Assembly (NCBI GenBank): GCA_038087875.1
Contig: CM075990.1
Span: 1,738,001 to 1,802,000 of the forward strand
Source of the DNA: Malacoraja senta
Taxonomy: Eukaryota
Length of the DNA stretch: 64,000 nt
Direction of reading: 5' to 3'
Each line of letters starts with the position of its first letter. Positions within the stretch are counted from its first letter, which is position 1. A model generated the notes under the pieces. That model was not told the origin of the DNA and ran no database searches. It saw only the letters and a list, made by a program, of their open reading frames with translations. Below, piece after piece: positions 62,440 through 64,000 of the stretch. Made by a program: the position numbers and the translations under genes.

Positions 62440-63010
62440 CAGAACCACTCACAGATAGAGGCAATCTCACAGAGAGAGGCAGTGATATTCACAGAGAAAA
62501 ATCAAGATATCCAAGCTCAGTGTGAGAGACACCAACAGATAGTTGCAGGGACACTCGTCGACAAAGGAAGTGAAACTCACTGGCAGAGGCATGAATACTC
62601 ACTGGCAGAAACACACTTAATGAGTCATGAACACTCAAAAAACATTCATGGGGACGCTCACCGACATAGGCGAGAAATTACAGTCAGAGGAATGGTCAAA
62701 GATCGAGGCAGAAACAGTGACAGATAGAGCGAGGGACACTCACAGACGGAGGAAACAACACTCACAGTGAGAGGCAGGAATACTGGCAGATTCAGACAGT
62801 GCTACTCGCAGAGAGATGCAGGGAAAGTCGAGGACAGTTCGAGGGACGCGCAAATACAGAAGGAAAACACTCACAGATAGGCAAGAACTCTCACAGAGAA
62901 TGACATGAAGACTCACAGACAGAGGTAGGAAATCTCACAGACCGAAGGAGGAGTACTCACAGACAGAGGAGGAACACATGTAAGCAAAGTCAGGGACAGT
63001 CAGAAAAGCA
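62440..63010 (+). repeat. Degenerate purine-rich tandem repeat (cactcacagagagaggca-like)
   Basis: actcacaga motif recurs about every 20-30 bp. Confidence 0.6.
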
Positions 63011-63067
63011 GGAAAACTACTGTCAGAAGGGGCTAGGGGCCCTGGAACAGCCCAACAGCGTCACGTG

Positions 63068-63382
63068 GAGGTTGTGGGGGCGGGGGGGAGGGGGTTGTGG
63101 GGGCGCGGGGAAATTTGTGGGGGCGGGGGAAGTGTGGGGGAGTAATGTTGGGGTGGGGGGGCTGTTGTGGGGCGGGGGGATTTGTGGGGGAAGGGGGAGA
63201 TGTGGTGGCACGGGGAGGTTTGTGGGGGCGGGGGGAGTGTGGGGAAGTAATGTTGGGGAGGGGGGTGTTGGCGGGGGGAGTTGTGGGGGGAGAGGGGTGT
63301 GTAGGCGGGGGGGGGAGTTTTGAGGGGAGAGGGGTGTGTGGGCGGGGGGGAGTTGTGGATGGAGAGGGGTGCTTGGGGCTGG
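63068..63382 (+). repeat. G-rich low-complexity repeat (tgtgggggcgggg)
   Basis: More than 20 G-runs; internal ~110-bp duplication. Confidence 0.85.
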
Positions 63383-63707
63383 GCTTCTTTGGGTCCCTCC
63401 GAAAATTGGAAACCACCGCCGGCCATCCACAGCTCCATTAAAGATGCGATGGTGCAGGAAGGGGCGGACCGTCCCGGTGAGTGACGGGGGAAGAGACTAA
63501 TCCACACGGTGCTTAACGGCAGGAGAAGAGATAAAGGCCTGTCTCACGAGTCTGCGGTCATTGGCGGTGATACAGGAAGTATCTACCGCTCGTGGACCAC
63601 CAGAGACCGGGAGTTCGGTCAAACGCACACCGCTGAGGCCGTGCGGCGTTGGTCCCAACACCGCACGGTGCTCACAAAAAGTCAGCAATGTTCAAAAATA
63701 ATTTCTT

Positions 63708-63880
63708 GCCGCCAGTGAGGCACGAGTGCGGCACGGTCACCGCCACAGCCGCCGCCAGTGTGGCACGAGCGCCGCGAGTCAAACCTTCACCGCCACAGCC
63801 TCCGCCAGTGAGGCACGTGTGAGGCACGGGCACCGCCACAGCGCCGCGATCAGCACTACCGCCGCCACAGCCCCGCGATC
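63708..63880 (+). repeat. GC-rich degenerate repeat (ccgccacagcc / gccagtgaggcacg)
   Basis: Direct inspection. Confidence 0.6.
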
Positions 63881-64000
63881 CTAAATGACGTTATTACTAA
63901 CTTTGTTATTGCTGGTCTACAATTCCTAGGCCCTAACCCCCTTTATAAAATTGTCTTTTATAAAGCAAATTTCTATAACACCAGGTGTTTTAGGAACAAA

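Noticed and set aside
63023..63507. Pro-rich and Gly-rich ORFs
   Set aside because: Translations of low-complexity G-rich DNA.

Overview
Repeat-dense vertebrate genomic DNA. The repeat families and NLR type suggest a cartilaginous fish such as a skate or ray (inference). There are two 200-N assembly gaps. The only host protein gene I can support is the 3' part of an apparently intact NACHT-LRR (NLRC3/NLRP-like) immune receptor: 4 exons at 1734-9540, all splice phases consistent, followed by a dead duplicate LRR exon. The window also holds a loose tRNA cluster: Asp-GTC, iMet-CAT, two Ser-GCT genes in an inverted duplication, and two Leu-CAG pseudogenes broken by a CR1 insertion. The rest is mostly mobile DNA: CR1, L2, L1 and Rex1 LINEs, Penelope elements, two Trp-primed Gypsy elements, a Pro-primed gamma/epsilon-like endogenous retrovirus, a solo LTR, and Tc1, Harbinger, hAT and probable Helitron remnants. 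Most notable: (1) about 14 dispersed Penelope-derived minimal hammerhead-ribozyme motifs, two of them in a young TSD-flanked 285-bp inverted repeat; (2) a CR1 inserted with a 6-bp TSD into the T-arm of a tRNA-Leu gene, creating a tRNA-head/LINE-tail proto-SINE; (3) an L1>Gypsy>L1 triple nest; (4) the ERV. All calls come from manual reading; no searches were run.
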